Shown here piece by piece: positions 9,804 through 21,648 of a stretch of 37,309 nt of DNA. The notes beneath the pieces were generated by a model. The model made no database searches and was not told where the DNA came from. It worked only from the letters and a program-made list of their open reading frames with translations. The translations under genes and the position numbers were made by a program. This DNA comes from Trypethelium eluteriae. Taxonomy: Eukaryota. The stretch covers positions 1-37,309 of the forward strand of contig JAVECL010000194.1 of the NCBI GenBank assembly GCA_051942245.1. The letters run 5' to 3'. How positions within the stretch are numbered: the first letter of the stretch is position 1; each line of letters opens with the position of its first letter.

Positions 9804-12166
9804 ATGGGTTTCTGGAAAAGGCTGACTGAGTATCTCTATTTCGGATTCGATATTTCTAGACAGACTCGGCTTTCTGCTGAGCTCACCCCTCTTGAATATG
9901 CACCACCGGTTGTCGATGAGTTCAATGCTCATGCAATTGATGGGACCTGCAATTCACCCAGCAACCGACAGTGCTGGTCGGCAGGATTCAACATCAGTAC
10001 GGATTACGAGCTAAGTATCCCCAAAGGTGTCGTCCGAAAGGTAAGTTTTTGAACTGTGCAGCAAGCTCAAAGAAGTCGACTTAACAAGGCGATCCGGCAG
10101 TTCATCTTGGACGTCACCAACGAGACAATTGCACCAGACGGATACAACGTGAGCCGTATGCTGTTCAACCACTCTTATCCCGGGCCTACCTTAGAAGGCA
10201 ATTGGGGAGATACCTTTGGTCTGTACCAGACAACCCTTAACTCGAGTTTACTAGAGACTCATGAATGAGCCAGAGATCACTGTGAGAAATAAACTTGACA
10301 ATTACAATGGCACTTCTATCCACTGGCATGGTATCCGACAGCTGAATAGCAACTGGTACGACGGTGTCTCGGGTGTCACTGAATGCCCGATTCCGGTAAG
10401 GCCAATGCACCGTTTGCTAGCACCAATGACTGATTAGAACAGCCGGGCGATGAGTTCACGTATGTATGGAGAGCGACTCAATATGGAACTTCGTGGTATC
10501 ACAGTGAGCAAATTGCGAATTTAGAGCCCCTAAGTGATGCTAACTTCAGCCAGGCCATTTCAGTCTTCAGTGTCAGCTTCACATTCAAGCGCTCTCATGA
10601 GCCTGCTGACACAAAACAGATCCTGATGGTCTTGTCGGTGCCTTGAAGATTAACGGTCCAACAAGCATGAATTACGATGTCGATCTGGGGCCCGTTCTGA
10701 TCACTGACCATTTTCACAAGACTGCTTTCTCGCAAGTGATCTTAGAGTACCTCGGTATGTTGACCTCTGAGAACCCACACACAAAAAGCAAACGCTGAAC
10801 ATAATTACGACAGGCCGTCCCCCTGCACCAGATTCAATGTTAATGAATGGAAATGGCACCTACTATTGTTGTCCCAAGCTTGATCCGCTTTGCGTGGGCA
10901 ATGTCAGTAACCCCAGGCTCACTACGTTCAATTTCGTAGCCGGGAAAAGCTACAAATTGAGTCTTGTAAACACTGCGACTTCCACTCACACTACTTTTTG
11001 GATCGATAACCATAGCTTCTCCGTCGTTGCCACGGATTTTGTGCCGATTGAACCCTACAACACATCTATTCTCAATATTGCTATCGGCCAACGCTACGAT
11101 ATCATTGTCCGCGCGAACGCAAGTCTGACTCAACAAACTGACTTCTGGATTCACGCCCGAGATTGTAACAACGGTGGCGCTCGATCTAATCTTGGCATTA
11201 TCCGCTATAACTCCTCTTCTTCAATTATCCCCTATACACCGCCTCCTAAGGAGAAAGAGGTGTGCTACGGTTGTCTTGATGAGCTAAGCTTGAACCTAGT
11301 ACCTAAGGTGCCTCGGAAAGTTAATCCTGCAGCTAATACGAAGTACTCTGCAGATTCGTTCAAGGTTCACTTGGTTGGCTATCCGGATGAATACCAACAG
11401 GACTCCTTGCTACATAAATGGGTGCTCAAGGACTCATCACTCTACTTGGACTGGTCAGAACCTAGCCTCAGTCTTGTCAAGATCGCTTCTGACCGAGGTT
11501 GGAAAGAACCAAAATTTCCAAAGGGCTACGAACCGGTGAACCTGCCATATGCAGATGACAGCTGGGTGTACTTTCTCATCGAAGGCAAATTCCAAGACTC
11601 CATCGATAACACAACGCGGAAAATATACAAGACTCAAGCACCAGTAGCCCATCCAATCCACATCCATGGGCATGATTTTGTTATTCTAGCATCGGGCACC
11701 GAGCAGTACAATGCAAGCAACGTGAAACTCAAGTTGGATAACCCGCCTCGCCGTGACGTGGCGTTGCTTCCTGTTAACGGGTATCTTATCATCGCTTTCC
11801 AGAGTATGTCAATCTCCACAATCCCTACTCTTAACCTCGCTCAATAAAGTACCCGACTGCAAAAGGAAGCCTCTAATGTTAGTGTAGTGAATAATCCTGG
11901 AGTCTGGCTTATGCACTGCCACGTAAGTACTGCGCTATCTTCTAATATCTGTTATCTCTGTACTGTGCTGACAGCGTCTCAAGATTGCGTGGCATGCCAG
12001 TGGTGGTCTTGCACTCCAGTTTGTGGAGTCGCCTAACCAGATCGGACCAGCTTTCAATAATTCTGGCATTGTAGGCAAGTACTCTGAAAACTGTGCTAAT
12101 TGGGGTGCCTTCTACACGGTCTTCAACAAGAACAATGGAGCTACGCAGGAAGATTCAGGTATTTGA
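9804..12166 (+). CDS. Laccase-like multicopper oxidase (CAZy AA1, ascomycete laccase type); 9 exons, ~632 aa
   Basis: Exons: 9804-10040, 10101-10218, 10274-10395, 10443-10503, 10554-10571, 10620-10754, 10814-11803, 11888-11922, 11984-12166. All four copper motifs are present: [17 protein letters not shown] and [12 protein letters not shown] (Leu at the T1 axial position). It ends in the C-terminal plug DSGI*. The start codon is less certain. Confidence 0.92.
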
Positions 12167-12481
12167 GCTCACTGAACAGTGGCCGCTGAGAGTTCTCTGA
12201 ATACGTTTTTTGGGGAACCAACTCCTTTCAGATTGGCCGTCTCACGAGAAGTATATCCGAATTAATTTAATGCAAGCACAAGCTATGCAGCACCAAGTCG
12301 TTTACGCAGTCCTTGTACATGAGATACGATACCGATTCAGATGACGGAACCCTTCTTTTGAGGCAAGCAGGAATTTTTGCTCTATGTAAAATGGGAAATC
12401 GCTTTTTGGTTTGAGCTCATGGGGTATCATATAGTGAAAAATGACTACTGAAGTTGTTCGCATTGCCCATCATCCCTTCAC

Positions 12482-14072
12482 CTAAGTCGTCTTCAGCCTT
12501 GCCGGACCGAGTCCATTCCTTATCTCATCGAGTTGCTGCATGCCAGTCTGACAGGCACCTTTCTTCATCCTCCTGCTGTTTCCGGTTTTCGAATATTGGT
12601 TTGAGAAGTCGTCAATGATAGATCCAAAATCTGAACGCATGGATTTTGGCTCATCGAGTCTACCAGACACGCAGCTGACTCCAGACGTGGTCGAAGTCGC
12701 AGACATTTTCGAGAGTCCTGACATTTTTGATATGCCTGTTATGCCAGTGGCACCACTTGCCAAAGATACAGTATCATCGGCATCGTACCCGTCATCGGCA
12801 TATTCCTCTTCAATCTTATCGAAACGCTCGTCAAGGAGCGTCTGCCCTTCTGTACGATGCAATGCGGAAGACGTCATACTATACGTATCACTCGATGTCT
12901 TGGCACCTTTCCGCTTCTTGCGTTTATACCCTGGAAGGCCGGAAGTACCAGTGAGTATAGATTGGATGTCAGATGGAGGTAGTGAAGGAGAGGCTTGATG
13001 CGCCTTGCTTGGCTTGGTGCCTCCCTTGAACTTGCTAAACTCGGCCATCCAGTCGCCGTCTTCGTTCATTGGAGCATCTGGTGGGGCTGTGGAGACAGGA
13101 TCTGCAGGTGGCTCCACCTCAAGTGCTTGGATATCTGCCAAGGAGATGGTTGTTTTGTTGGAACCTTCATCAGCTTTGATAGTGTCATCACTCTCCCACC
13201 CATCATCTTCCTCAACTCCCCGCGACGGGACGAGTTCTGGCACCTTTTCATCCTCCCATGGCGTTGTCTCCCACTCAAGTTGGTCCATCTCTTCTCCATC
13301 TGCGGCCAAGTCTTCAAAGAAGCCTTCCTCGTCCTCGACATATGCCTCATCTTCTAAGGCTTCCAGCACCTCCCGTAGCCTTTGATCCATATCAGGCTGA
13401 AAGCCAGCCAACACATCTGGCACATCTTGCTGATCTTGATATGTCGTCTTCCTAACGAACTCACTGGGCAGCATCTCCTCAGGTAGCAGTGATGAGGCTT
13501 TGCTCGCCGTGCTCATGGCACTGGCCGCAGTCGACTTTGTTTCCGAGCCCAGGTCCATGTCCTTTAGGGCATCTTCTAGCTTCTGCTTTCCCTTTCCTCT
13601 TCCTTTCTGTACTACATATTCTCCAGCTTCAACAAACATGCCACCTCCCTCGCCCAGATCCCGCATGTGTTGCATATAATCGTATTCGGTATCATCGTAG
13701 AAGACTCCATGTTGCGCAGCTTCGCCTTCATTGGACCGTATGCTTAGGCCAAATTCCTCTTCTAGGTCTCCACGTTGTTTTACCTTTCTGGAAGATTTAG
13801 AGGCTTGTGGTGCATCCTTTTCAGCGAAGACCATAGACGAGGCGGTAGCATCGTGGATAAGTGGATCATTTTGTGCGCGATGGACGAGTTTAAAGGTTGT
13901 AGAAGCCTTTGGATCACTGGTAAGATCTTATTAGCAAGACTCAGGTTTTGAAGCTTTATAGATCTAGTATCTAAAGGCGGGGCGAAAGCAGTAATCGGCA
14001 AAAAGGACCAGCAAAGCACGGGCGAGCATTAATTCATGGAGATGGGACTCACATATATCTTCTTCGAGGCAT
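12482..14072 (-). CDS. LTV1: Low-temperature viability protein Ltv1, 40S ribosome biogenesis factor; 2 exons, ~484 aa
   Basis: Exons 14072-14053 and 13916-12482 give MPRRRYIDPKASTTFKLVHRAQNDPLIHD. Conserved motifs: GVFYDDTEYDYMQHMRD, GFQPDMDQRLREVLEALEDEAY, SMTSSAL, LLDERFDKIEEEY. Confidence 0.93.
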
Positions 14073-14344
14073 CTCTGGAGCACGTAGGCTCAAGCCCTCA
14101 CAAGCGCTGGCGTCAAGGGAAGCAAGGCAAAGCCAGTGCAGCTTACAAATTGGAAGCTGGATTGCCTCCAAAATTCTAGAAGTTGTGCGGCGAACTTTCG
14201 CGGGCTCCGCGATGACGTACCCATGCCTTTTTCCTCTCTCCCTTAAGGAACTCCGCTGAATTTTGCCCTACTTTAATCTTCAAACGCTCACGAACTTCTC
14301 ATTATTTTCACTTCACTTACTCTTCAGGATTCATATTGCCCAAG
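14073..14344. promoter_or_regulatory. Compact bidirectional promoter of LTV1/LSG1
   Basis: Only 272 bp separate the divergent ATGs. Contains PAC-like GCGATGAC (14209-14216) overlapping TGACGT, and RRPE-like TGAATTTT (14257-14264); both motifs are imperfect. Confidence 0.55.
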
Positions 14345-16401
14345 ATGGTCTTAGCAAAATCCAAGAATGCCGTGGGGCTTGGTAACAGCCTCATGAATGA
14401 TCGCTTTGGTAAGGGACGTCGAAGTGAGATGCATAGAGGAAATCAGTCCGGCATACAAAGGCAAGGCGCAGATGGCTCTACAGTAATTCCTCATCTCCGT
14501 GGGCTACGAAAGAGGGCTAATCGAGTCGTTAGTATGTCACGAACAATAAAAAAGACGCCGCCTGGGTGAAGATGCAGTCCCGGACCGAACAATCCGACCT
14601 TGACGAATTCCTCTCCACTGCAGAACTTGCCGGGACCGATTTCACAGCTGAGAAAGTGAACAACGTCAAGATAATACATACAGATCAAAGGAATCCATAT
14701 TTGCTCTCCGCGACCGAGGAGAGGGCTACCGTCAAAAAGCACCAAGAAAATAAGAAGAGGCTGACAGTGCCCAGAAGGCCGCCCTGGGACGAAACTACGA
14801 CGGCGCAGGAACTTGACGAACGAGAGAGACAGTCGTTACTTGAGTGGAGGCGAGGACTCGCGGACTTGCAGGAGAACCATGACTTACTAATGACACCGTT
14901 TGAACGGAACCTAGAAGTATGGAGACAATTATGGCGGGTCATAGAGCGGTCAGATCTGGTGGTCCAAATCGTGGATGCGAGAAATCCACTGTTGTTCCGA
15001 TGCGAAGACCTGGAGAAATACGTGAAGGAGGTTGACCCAAGGAAACGAAATCTACTACTCGTCAATAAAGCGGACATGATGACGGAGGGGCAGCGGAGTG
15101 CATGGGCAGATTATTTCAAGAAGAAGGGTATTCGATACAAGTTCTTCTCTGCTTCACTGGCCAAGGAATTGAACGAAGCAAGGGTTCTCGAGGATGATGA
15201 AGACACTGGAGACGAGGACGACACTCTCCCCGAAGATGAGATTGGTCAAGCCATTGAAATTGAGAGAAAGGACGATCCAATAGTCCAAGGAACATTGAAA
15301 ATCGAGCGGCAGGAATCTGAAGAAGACGATGAACAGTGGGTCAGCGAAGAGGAAATAAATACCAAATCGATTGAGCCCGGACTATCCCTACCTGACGACG
15401 ATTTCACCAGCATTCTCACTACGGATGAGCTTGAAGAGCTTTTCCTTCAGCATGCACCAGCCATCGAGACGGACACAGATACACCATCGCGGAAAACGCA
15501 AATCGGTCTTGTCGGCTATCCTAATGTCGGCAAATCATCCACGATTAACGCTCTCATCGGTTCCAAGAAAGTTTCAGTCTCCGCCACACCAGGGAAGACT
15601 AAACACTTCCAGACTATCCATCTGAGCCCGCGAGTGGTCCTATGTGACTGCCCCGGTCTTGTCTTTCCGAATTTTGCAACGACAAGAGCCGATTTAGTCG
15701 TTAACGGTATCTTACCGATTGATCAGCTTCGTGAATACACTGGTCCATCCGCCCTCGTCGCACAACGCATACCAAAGTCATTCTTGGAAGCTGTTTATGG
15801 TATGATGATTGAGACGCGACCCATTGAAGAGGGCGGTACAGGTACGCCTACGGCAGAGGAGGTGCTCAGAGCGTATGCAAGAGCAAGAGGTTTCGCAACA
15901 ACAGGACAGGGCCAACCAGATGAGTCAAGAGCGGCGAGATATGTGCTAAAGGACTATGTGAAAGGGAAGCTGCTATTTTGCCATCCTCCCCCCTCAGACC
16001 CGCAAGTTGATGAGAAACAATTCAATCGCGAGCTTTATGACGAAAGGCATCTTCCGCAGAAGAGGCGCGCGGCGCTTGCCATTCGCGAGGAAGCCGAAGC
16101 ATTTGGTGAAGAAGATCCGAGCTTGATGGACGATGAAGGTGTTGTGCCCTTACCGCCCACTCAGGGAGCAAAAAGCCAAAACCTGGATAAAAGGTTCTTC
16201 GGGCCGGGCCAAAGTAGTGCAGGACATATGAGCGTACCGGCTTCTTTTGGCTTCAAAGGGAGTGAACAATTGAGTGGAAGGAAGCAGAGAGCGATGGTTG
16301 CACTGGAGAAAGACATCGATCCCGGTGAGGTGCGCCTGGGCAATAGCAAGAAACACTACAAGGGAAACAAGCGGAAAGGCAAGAAGGAGGAATATGAATA
16401 A
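14345..16401 (+). CDS. LSG1: Large subunit GTPase 1 (circularly permuted YlqF/YawG-type GTPase), 60S export/Nmd3 release; 2 exons, ~668 aa
   Basis: Exons 14345-14482 and 14533-16401. Motifs in permuted order: TPFERNLEVWRQLWRVIERSDLVVQIVDARNP, G4 NKAD, G1 GYPNVGKSS, G2 TPGKTKHFQT, G3 DCPG. Confidence 0.96.
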
Positions 16402-17354
16402 TGTGATGTACCTTGTTTTGGAATGCTCTGGATGTTACGGTACATGAACGGCGTTCTACGCGAGCTCCGACTAGGTCCTTCATCATTCGATCACCGCGGT
16501 CTTGCTTTCAGACCGTCGTCTTCGCGAGAAGACACAATTTTGGGTCTGCGATAGGAGAAAATCCTTCTGAACTCACCGTTCAATAGAACGCGCCCTCATG
16601 CGCAATTGACCTCCATCTCCCAGCTCCTTATCCGCCATCCACCTCAAACGTGTGTCTAGCATGCTCAGGAGGGCCTCTGCTGAAGTTCGGCACAATGTTG
16701 AAAGAAGATCCCGGCGGAAGTAGTGTAGAAGTGGCCTTAGTCATGATGACCAATATCCTGAACCTCAAAATACGTTGACGATTCAAGTGCTCTCGGCCCT
16801 AGACGAAAGGATCAAAGTGAGAGGCTTTACACATGCAGATTTGTGCGACCATTTTCGACTGGCCGGAAGTCATTTGGCCCTCTTTCGCATTTGGGATCTG
16901 ATGATCCCACTGAGTCTAGCAAAACCACTAGATTCTATGTATCTTGGTGCCAAACCCAAGTGATGAAAAGTAGTAGAGCAAGCTCATGTCCGAATGAGTG
17001 CCCTGGAGGCTTGTTCTAAAAGCTTCGAGGCGGTTACGCAACGCTATGAGGACAATACGTGAATTTAGAATGACTATGCGATCTTTCGGATCACCAGGAG
17101 CGAGATGCTAAGCGAGAACTTGTGTTCTCGATCTCTGTCCAGCGATCAAAGCATGCACCCAGGCTCAATGTAAATCAGGGGATCGATAAGTGTTGATTCC
17201 GGACATAGCATTCACTCTCTGCCTTGGCTCACTCGCAAGTTACGTAAGTCCCGGCGTTTAAGTACCTAACCTTTTCCAATTCAATGTCCCATTTCACTTC
17301 TTCTGTCCCCAAAGAAACTGTTCTGAGCATTGGGCTCACCAAAACCTTCTCGCC

Positions 17355-18182
17355 ATGTTCGAAGAGACCACATTAGACAAGCATAGCTTGAACACTCCCT
17401 CCAATGCCAGCATTCCTCATCTTCTTCGGCTCCCTCTCGAGCTTCAGCAGGAAATATTCTCTAATGTTGTTCCACATGTGACGAGTCCGACACCACCAAA
17501 CTTCAGGGAAATTGATGATTGTCCCGACCAAGCCCTTGGTGCCATGGAGTGGTTCACGGGGCCTGCAGCCACGTCTATTTTGCGAGTTTCTCATGCACTC
17601 TCATCGGCAGCGCTTGACTACATGTACTCAAGGAGCCTTTTCACTATTGGCATACACTTGAATCCAGATACGGGCTTTGCAGCGCGCTTTCAGAAGAGAA
17701 TCCAGAACAAAGAATACGAATGGACTGAGGTCCCATTCGTGAGGATGGGAGGAGGCGATTGGAAAGAATACGGACTTGATTCGGAGGTACTCGCGGAGAA
17801 AGTCAGCCTCGAGAACTTCAAGCGCATCCGCTGGTTCGTTGTTACGATTCACATGCTGCCAACGGACCTGCTGGTACTCGACTTGATGCTACAAAAATTC
17901 TGGGGTACGGCCATCACTGATCGCGATGAGCTCTTCCAAAGATTGTGTGCGGAGGTAGACAGCCTGGTGAACTTGCTACAGAAGGTCCACAGTCTGGAAT
18001 TTCTCAGGATCGATTGCTTCTTCAATGAAGGGTCGGATGAAGATACCGAAGATGAGACCAAAAAGATATTGGGGCTCTTTCGACGCTTGAATGGGATTAG
18101 GCAGGTAGTAGTGGCGGGGTTTACAGATGACGAGGAATTCGAGATAGAATTTGAAAATCATTTGATGAACTGTGATGGATGA
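17355..18182 (+). CDS. Hypothetical protein with N-terminal F-box-like motif, 275 aa, intronless
   Basis: GCCATG start; LLRLPLELQQEIFSNVV (F-box-like), then TSILRVSHALSSAALDYMYSRSLFTI and a C-terminal LFRRLNGIRQVVV motif typical of expanded fungal F-box-like families. Confidence 0.75.
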   Translation: MFEETTLDKHSLNTPSNASIPHLLRLPLELQQEIFSNVVPHVTSPTPPNFREIDDCPDQALGAMEWFTGPAATSILRVSHALSSAALDYMYSRSLFTIGIHLNPDTGFAARFQKRIQNKEYEWTEVPFVRMGGGDWKEYGLDSEVLAEKVSLENFKRIRWFVVTIHMLPTDLLVLDLMLQKFWGTAITDRDELFQRLCAEVDSLVNLLQKVHSLEFLRIDCFFNEGSDEDTEDETKKILGLFRRLNGIRQVVVAGFTDDEEFEIEFENHLMNCDG

Positions 18183-18488
18183 AGAAGACGAAGAGTTTCT
18201 GTGTCGAGCTGTTATGACAGACTGTGGTGTTTGTTCTTGGGCTGATGCTTCGCGGCTGCTTGGCTTGAAACTCACTTTGCGGACGGATGTCAAGTCTAGT
18301 TCTGCCCATACAAACGAGTTTCCCAGCAACGAAGCTCATGCGTTCATGTCTTCACATCCAGTGCATCATGTAGACTCTCTAATTTCATTTGCGCAGTCTC
18401 AAATCGGGTCTGAGGGTTGAGCCTGAACAAACCACGGGAGAGCTATCGTTCTGAAGAACACCTTGGTGTCGTTTCGAACAGCCAAATT

Positions 18489-19895
18489 TTACCCAAAATG
18501 AGGAATAAATGCTGACCAATTGACGGTTTTGTATGCATCAGCTGGCAAAGCCCGACAGGCGACCAAATCCTCCACCCAAACGTAAGCCCGGAGGAGGGCA
18601 TAAGTCGCAAAGGACGGTACCGCGACGAATACAAAAAACAAGGACACATCTAGACTCGGATCATTGCCAGGGCTGTTGTTCATGATCTTCATTGCAAAGC
18701 TTCGAAGTTTGTATACGAGGCGATCCTTCCACTTAGATTTCTCACCTGGAGGACCAGCGTCTTCGAGCGCTTTTCGATACTTCCGAACCTTCTCTTGCAT
18801 CCTCTTGATGCCGCGTTCACCGTACAACATATTGAAGTAGAACGGGCCAACGAGCAGCATCGCAACCAACATCCCGCTCGTGAGTCGCCACAGCAATCTT
18901 TCAATCGGAGTGGGGAAGTGAAAGTTCCATGCAATAAAATAGGTGCTAATGAATGCGGCAGTCGAAAGCCAGCCAGTGACGAAGGCAGCTCCTGTCACAG
19001 GAAGCACGTCAGTATCCGAACGTCTTCCGAAAGATTTTTCCATCTTTCTCTGCCACAGTTGCGGGCGTATAGCCTTCAGTATGTTCATCAGGTAATGGTA
19101 ACTGAGGCTGAACGACCAGACCTCGCGGCTAGCAAACTCGAGTGGCGTTCTAGAATGAGGTCTAGTTCGGGCATGCGCATCCTCCTCTAGGGCAATTAAC
19201 TCACTAAGAGTCATATTGATGGTAACTGTTTGCACCGACTCTACGTCTGCCGGCTTATCTTTCCAAAAGTAGTAGACAACCATACTATCAACAATGATGC
19301 CTACGGTAGTGACTTCCAGCGTTGTGACCGCAAGACCCTGCGCGCCACGAGCTATGATGTTAACGCAGAACCATAACGCTTGACTAACAGCGAAGACGCG
19401 AGTGAAGATGTCGGACTTGTTTCGATCGTCAATTGTTTTGGAATCCAACAGAATTCTCTCCTCAAACTGGGCGGTCGAAATGGCGCCGTGCTCCAGCAAC
19501 CAAATGATATGCTTCGCGTTGAGGAAAAACTTGACATCGTCACTCGTTTGGAGCATGTAGCCGCCCATGTCAGCGAAAAAGGCATGCTTCAACGTCCACT
19601 TATTGTCTTGTCGAAGCTCCTTGAAACGGGCGACAGAGAAGTGCGCAGATTCCCATTCGCCGAGCGCAGTGCCGACCAAGAATTCCGGACCCATCGCCGA
19701 GATGAAGGTTGTCCATATCTTGCGCTTGAAATGGGTCCATTTTGTGTCAAATGGTTCGGGTACGTTGAGGCAAAGCGCCGACCATGTCGACAGGAAGATA
19801 GTTGCGAGGCAGGGCCAGAGGATATCAAAAGTTCCCCGACTATTGGGTGAAGACGTCCATCCTTGTAGTGACTTTCTTGTGCTGTTCAAGGCCAT
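18489..19895 (-). CDS. Uncharacterised fungal multi-pass membrane protein, ~468 aa, intronless
   Basis: First ATG of the ORF is at 19895. Several hydrophobic helices. Motifs GWTSSPNSRGTFDILWPCL, ALCLNVP, HAFFADMGG, IDDRNKSD, LEVTT, WKDKP, AWNFHFPT.IERLLW and YKTVNWSAFIPH match a widespread family of fungal hypothetical membrane proteins. Confidence 0.85.
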   Translation of the reverse strand: MALNSTRKSLQGWTSSPNSRGTFDILWPCLATIFLSTWSALCLNVPEPFDTKWTHFKRKIWTTFISAMGPEFLVGTALGEWESAHFSVARFKELRQDNKWTLKHAFFADMGGYMLQTSDDVKFFLNAKHIIWLLEHGAISTAQFEERILLDSKTIDDRNKSDIFTRVFAVSQALWFCVNIIARGAQGLAVTTLEVTTVGIIVDSMVVYYFWKDKPADVESVQTVTINMTLSELIALEEDAHARTRPHSRTPLEFASREVWSFSLSYHYLMNILKAIRPQLWQRKMEKSFGRRSDTDVLPVTGAAFVTGWLSTAAFISTYFIAWNFHFPTPIERLLWRLTSGMLVAMLLVGPFYFNMLYGERGIKRMQEKVRKYRKALEDAGPPGEKSKWKDRLVYKLRSFAMKIMNNSPGNDPSLDVSLFFVFVAVPSFATYALLRAYVWVEDLVACRALPADAYKTVNWSAFIPHFG

Positions 19896-20681
19896 TGGAG
19901 TAGCGACGAGCCATGGTGAATACGAGAATGTCAAAGGAAAGGTTCCTCAGCCTTGTACGGAGTTCTTGCAGCAGGCACGGTACCTGGATCGCTGCCTAAC
20001 CTGAGTGAAACTGACTACCTCTGAACGGGTTTAGAGAGATAGGATAGCTAGGCTAGCTAGGTAGACAGGGTCCCAGCGCACGGGCTAATCTGTTTCGAGA
20101 ATCTTGCGCCTGGATCGGGTTAGTACACCAGACCGCCTGTGGAGTTGATTCTTGACGTACGGAGCGTGGGAGCACAGCACCATAGCACATTACGAAAAGG
20201 TCAATCGGAACTGAGGTATCTTCTTCTATTCTGGCGCCACGATACCGAACTTCTTAGTAGGAAGAGAGCGCCGGTCTCTCTTTCCATAAACGTTCGAGCG
20301 GACGCCACTCCCTCCTGTTGTAAAAGCTGAGCTCAGCCCATGCATTGGCTTGAATGCTTGCCAATGTGCTTCTAGGCCTGCGAAAAGGTCTTATTCGTGA
20401 AGCTTAATTCACGTCGCGTCCCAACTCTGCAGTATAACAGAGTATGGATGATGCGATTCTGTGCTACTACGTAGCGTCACCCATTTACATGTTTGCTTAC
20501 AGGCTCCCTCACTCCCATATACTTTACTGTGAGAGCCCATTCTTTACTCATCTACCGAGAGCTTATATATTTATTGTCTATATTGACATTCATCTTCAGA
20601 CTAGACCAACTCGCCCGTGGTTGTAGCAAGCATAAGCTCGTCGCTTCATCTGCATCTGCAAAATCCGAATAAGGAACAGGA

Positions 20682-21310
20682 ATGGCATCGGAGGACACTG
20701 AACCTGCCCTGATTGGACCTCCAGTTGAGTTAAAATTTGAGTTATATTCTTATGTTCTCTCATTGGGGGTGACTCCTGTCAGACATGATCAGCTGGGCGC
20801 TACAATCACTGGCCAATAGAGCGAAACGGCACTTCGCTGTTCCGCGTTTCTCGCACCGTTTCCAGGATCGCGCTGAAATGCATGTGCTCGACAGTCAATG
20901 GATTGGTACAAGCCTAGTTTGGCCGTATGACAGTGAAGGAGGCGAACTGGTCCACAAGCCCGATTAGGTCGGGGTCTCAGCGACGAACGCTTCCGCGAAT
21001 TGAATGCATTCGAAAGCTACACATTCCGCTCGTCTCCTGGTCAACTATGATGATGCGCGATGATCTGTCCGAAGAGTTACTGGTTTAGAAGCAGCCAATT
21101 CGAAACCTGGTCGAGTCAGTAGAACGGCTGGAGTTGTAGTCATTTAGGCAGAACGACCTTTGAGAGACCATCAGTACAAGATGCTGATAAGTACAATGCT
21201 TCAGCGCCTACGCAAGCTGGAGGCGGTAGAAGCACATATGATCATTGCATAGAAGATGATGACTTTTGTAAACCTTGGAGGGCTACCTGATGAGGAGACA
21301 GGAAATATAA
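20682..21310 (+). pseudogene. F-box-like pseudogene, paralogue of 17355-18182
   Basis: MASEDTEPALIGPPVELKFELYSYVL...GQ* (20682-20819); after a frameshift, NGTSLFRVSRTVSRIALKCMC (from 20825); later MLQRLRKLEAVEAHMII*, EDDDF and LEGYLMRR (~21195-21300). The motif order matches the intact paralogue. The 3' boundary is approximate. Confidence 0.7.
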
Positions 21311-21648
21311 GGAGACAACAAGCATATATCAGAGGGGCCTCAGAATGTATTATCAAGGCAGATTCTGCTGAGAACTGAAAATATCCCATAGTACTCTTAC
21401 CTACCTTCACTCACTGAACTTATTGTGTCCAACAGTGACAACAGACATATGACTACACAACTCAACTCAACTGATCAAACATCATTCTCTCCGTGCGTAC
21501 AAAGATTGAAAAGAACCAGGCTTCCCAGAAACTCTCTCCTCACATCTTCCTTTCCAGAAATCACGCGATAGCTCCCTCTACACTCAGTCGCCAGATTATC
21601 TTTGGGTTTCCTCTTTATTCATCCATCGAATCGAATTACGACACGGAA

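Noticed and set aside
13917..14052. Longer-than-usual LTV1 intron as a possible snoRNA host
   Set aside because: No convincing C box (RTGATGA) paired with a D box, and no H/ACA structure seen.
16420..17340. Intergenic stretch after LSG1 with short ORFs
   Set aside because: No motif of the neighbouring F-box-like family or any other family could be identified.
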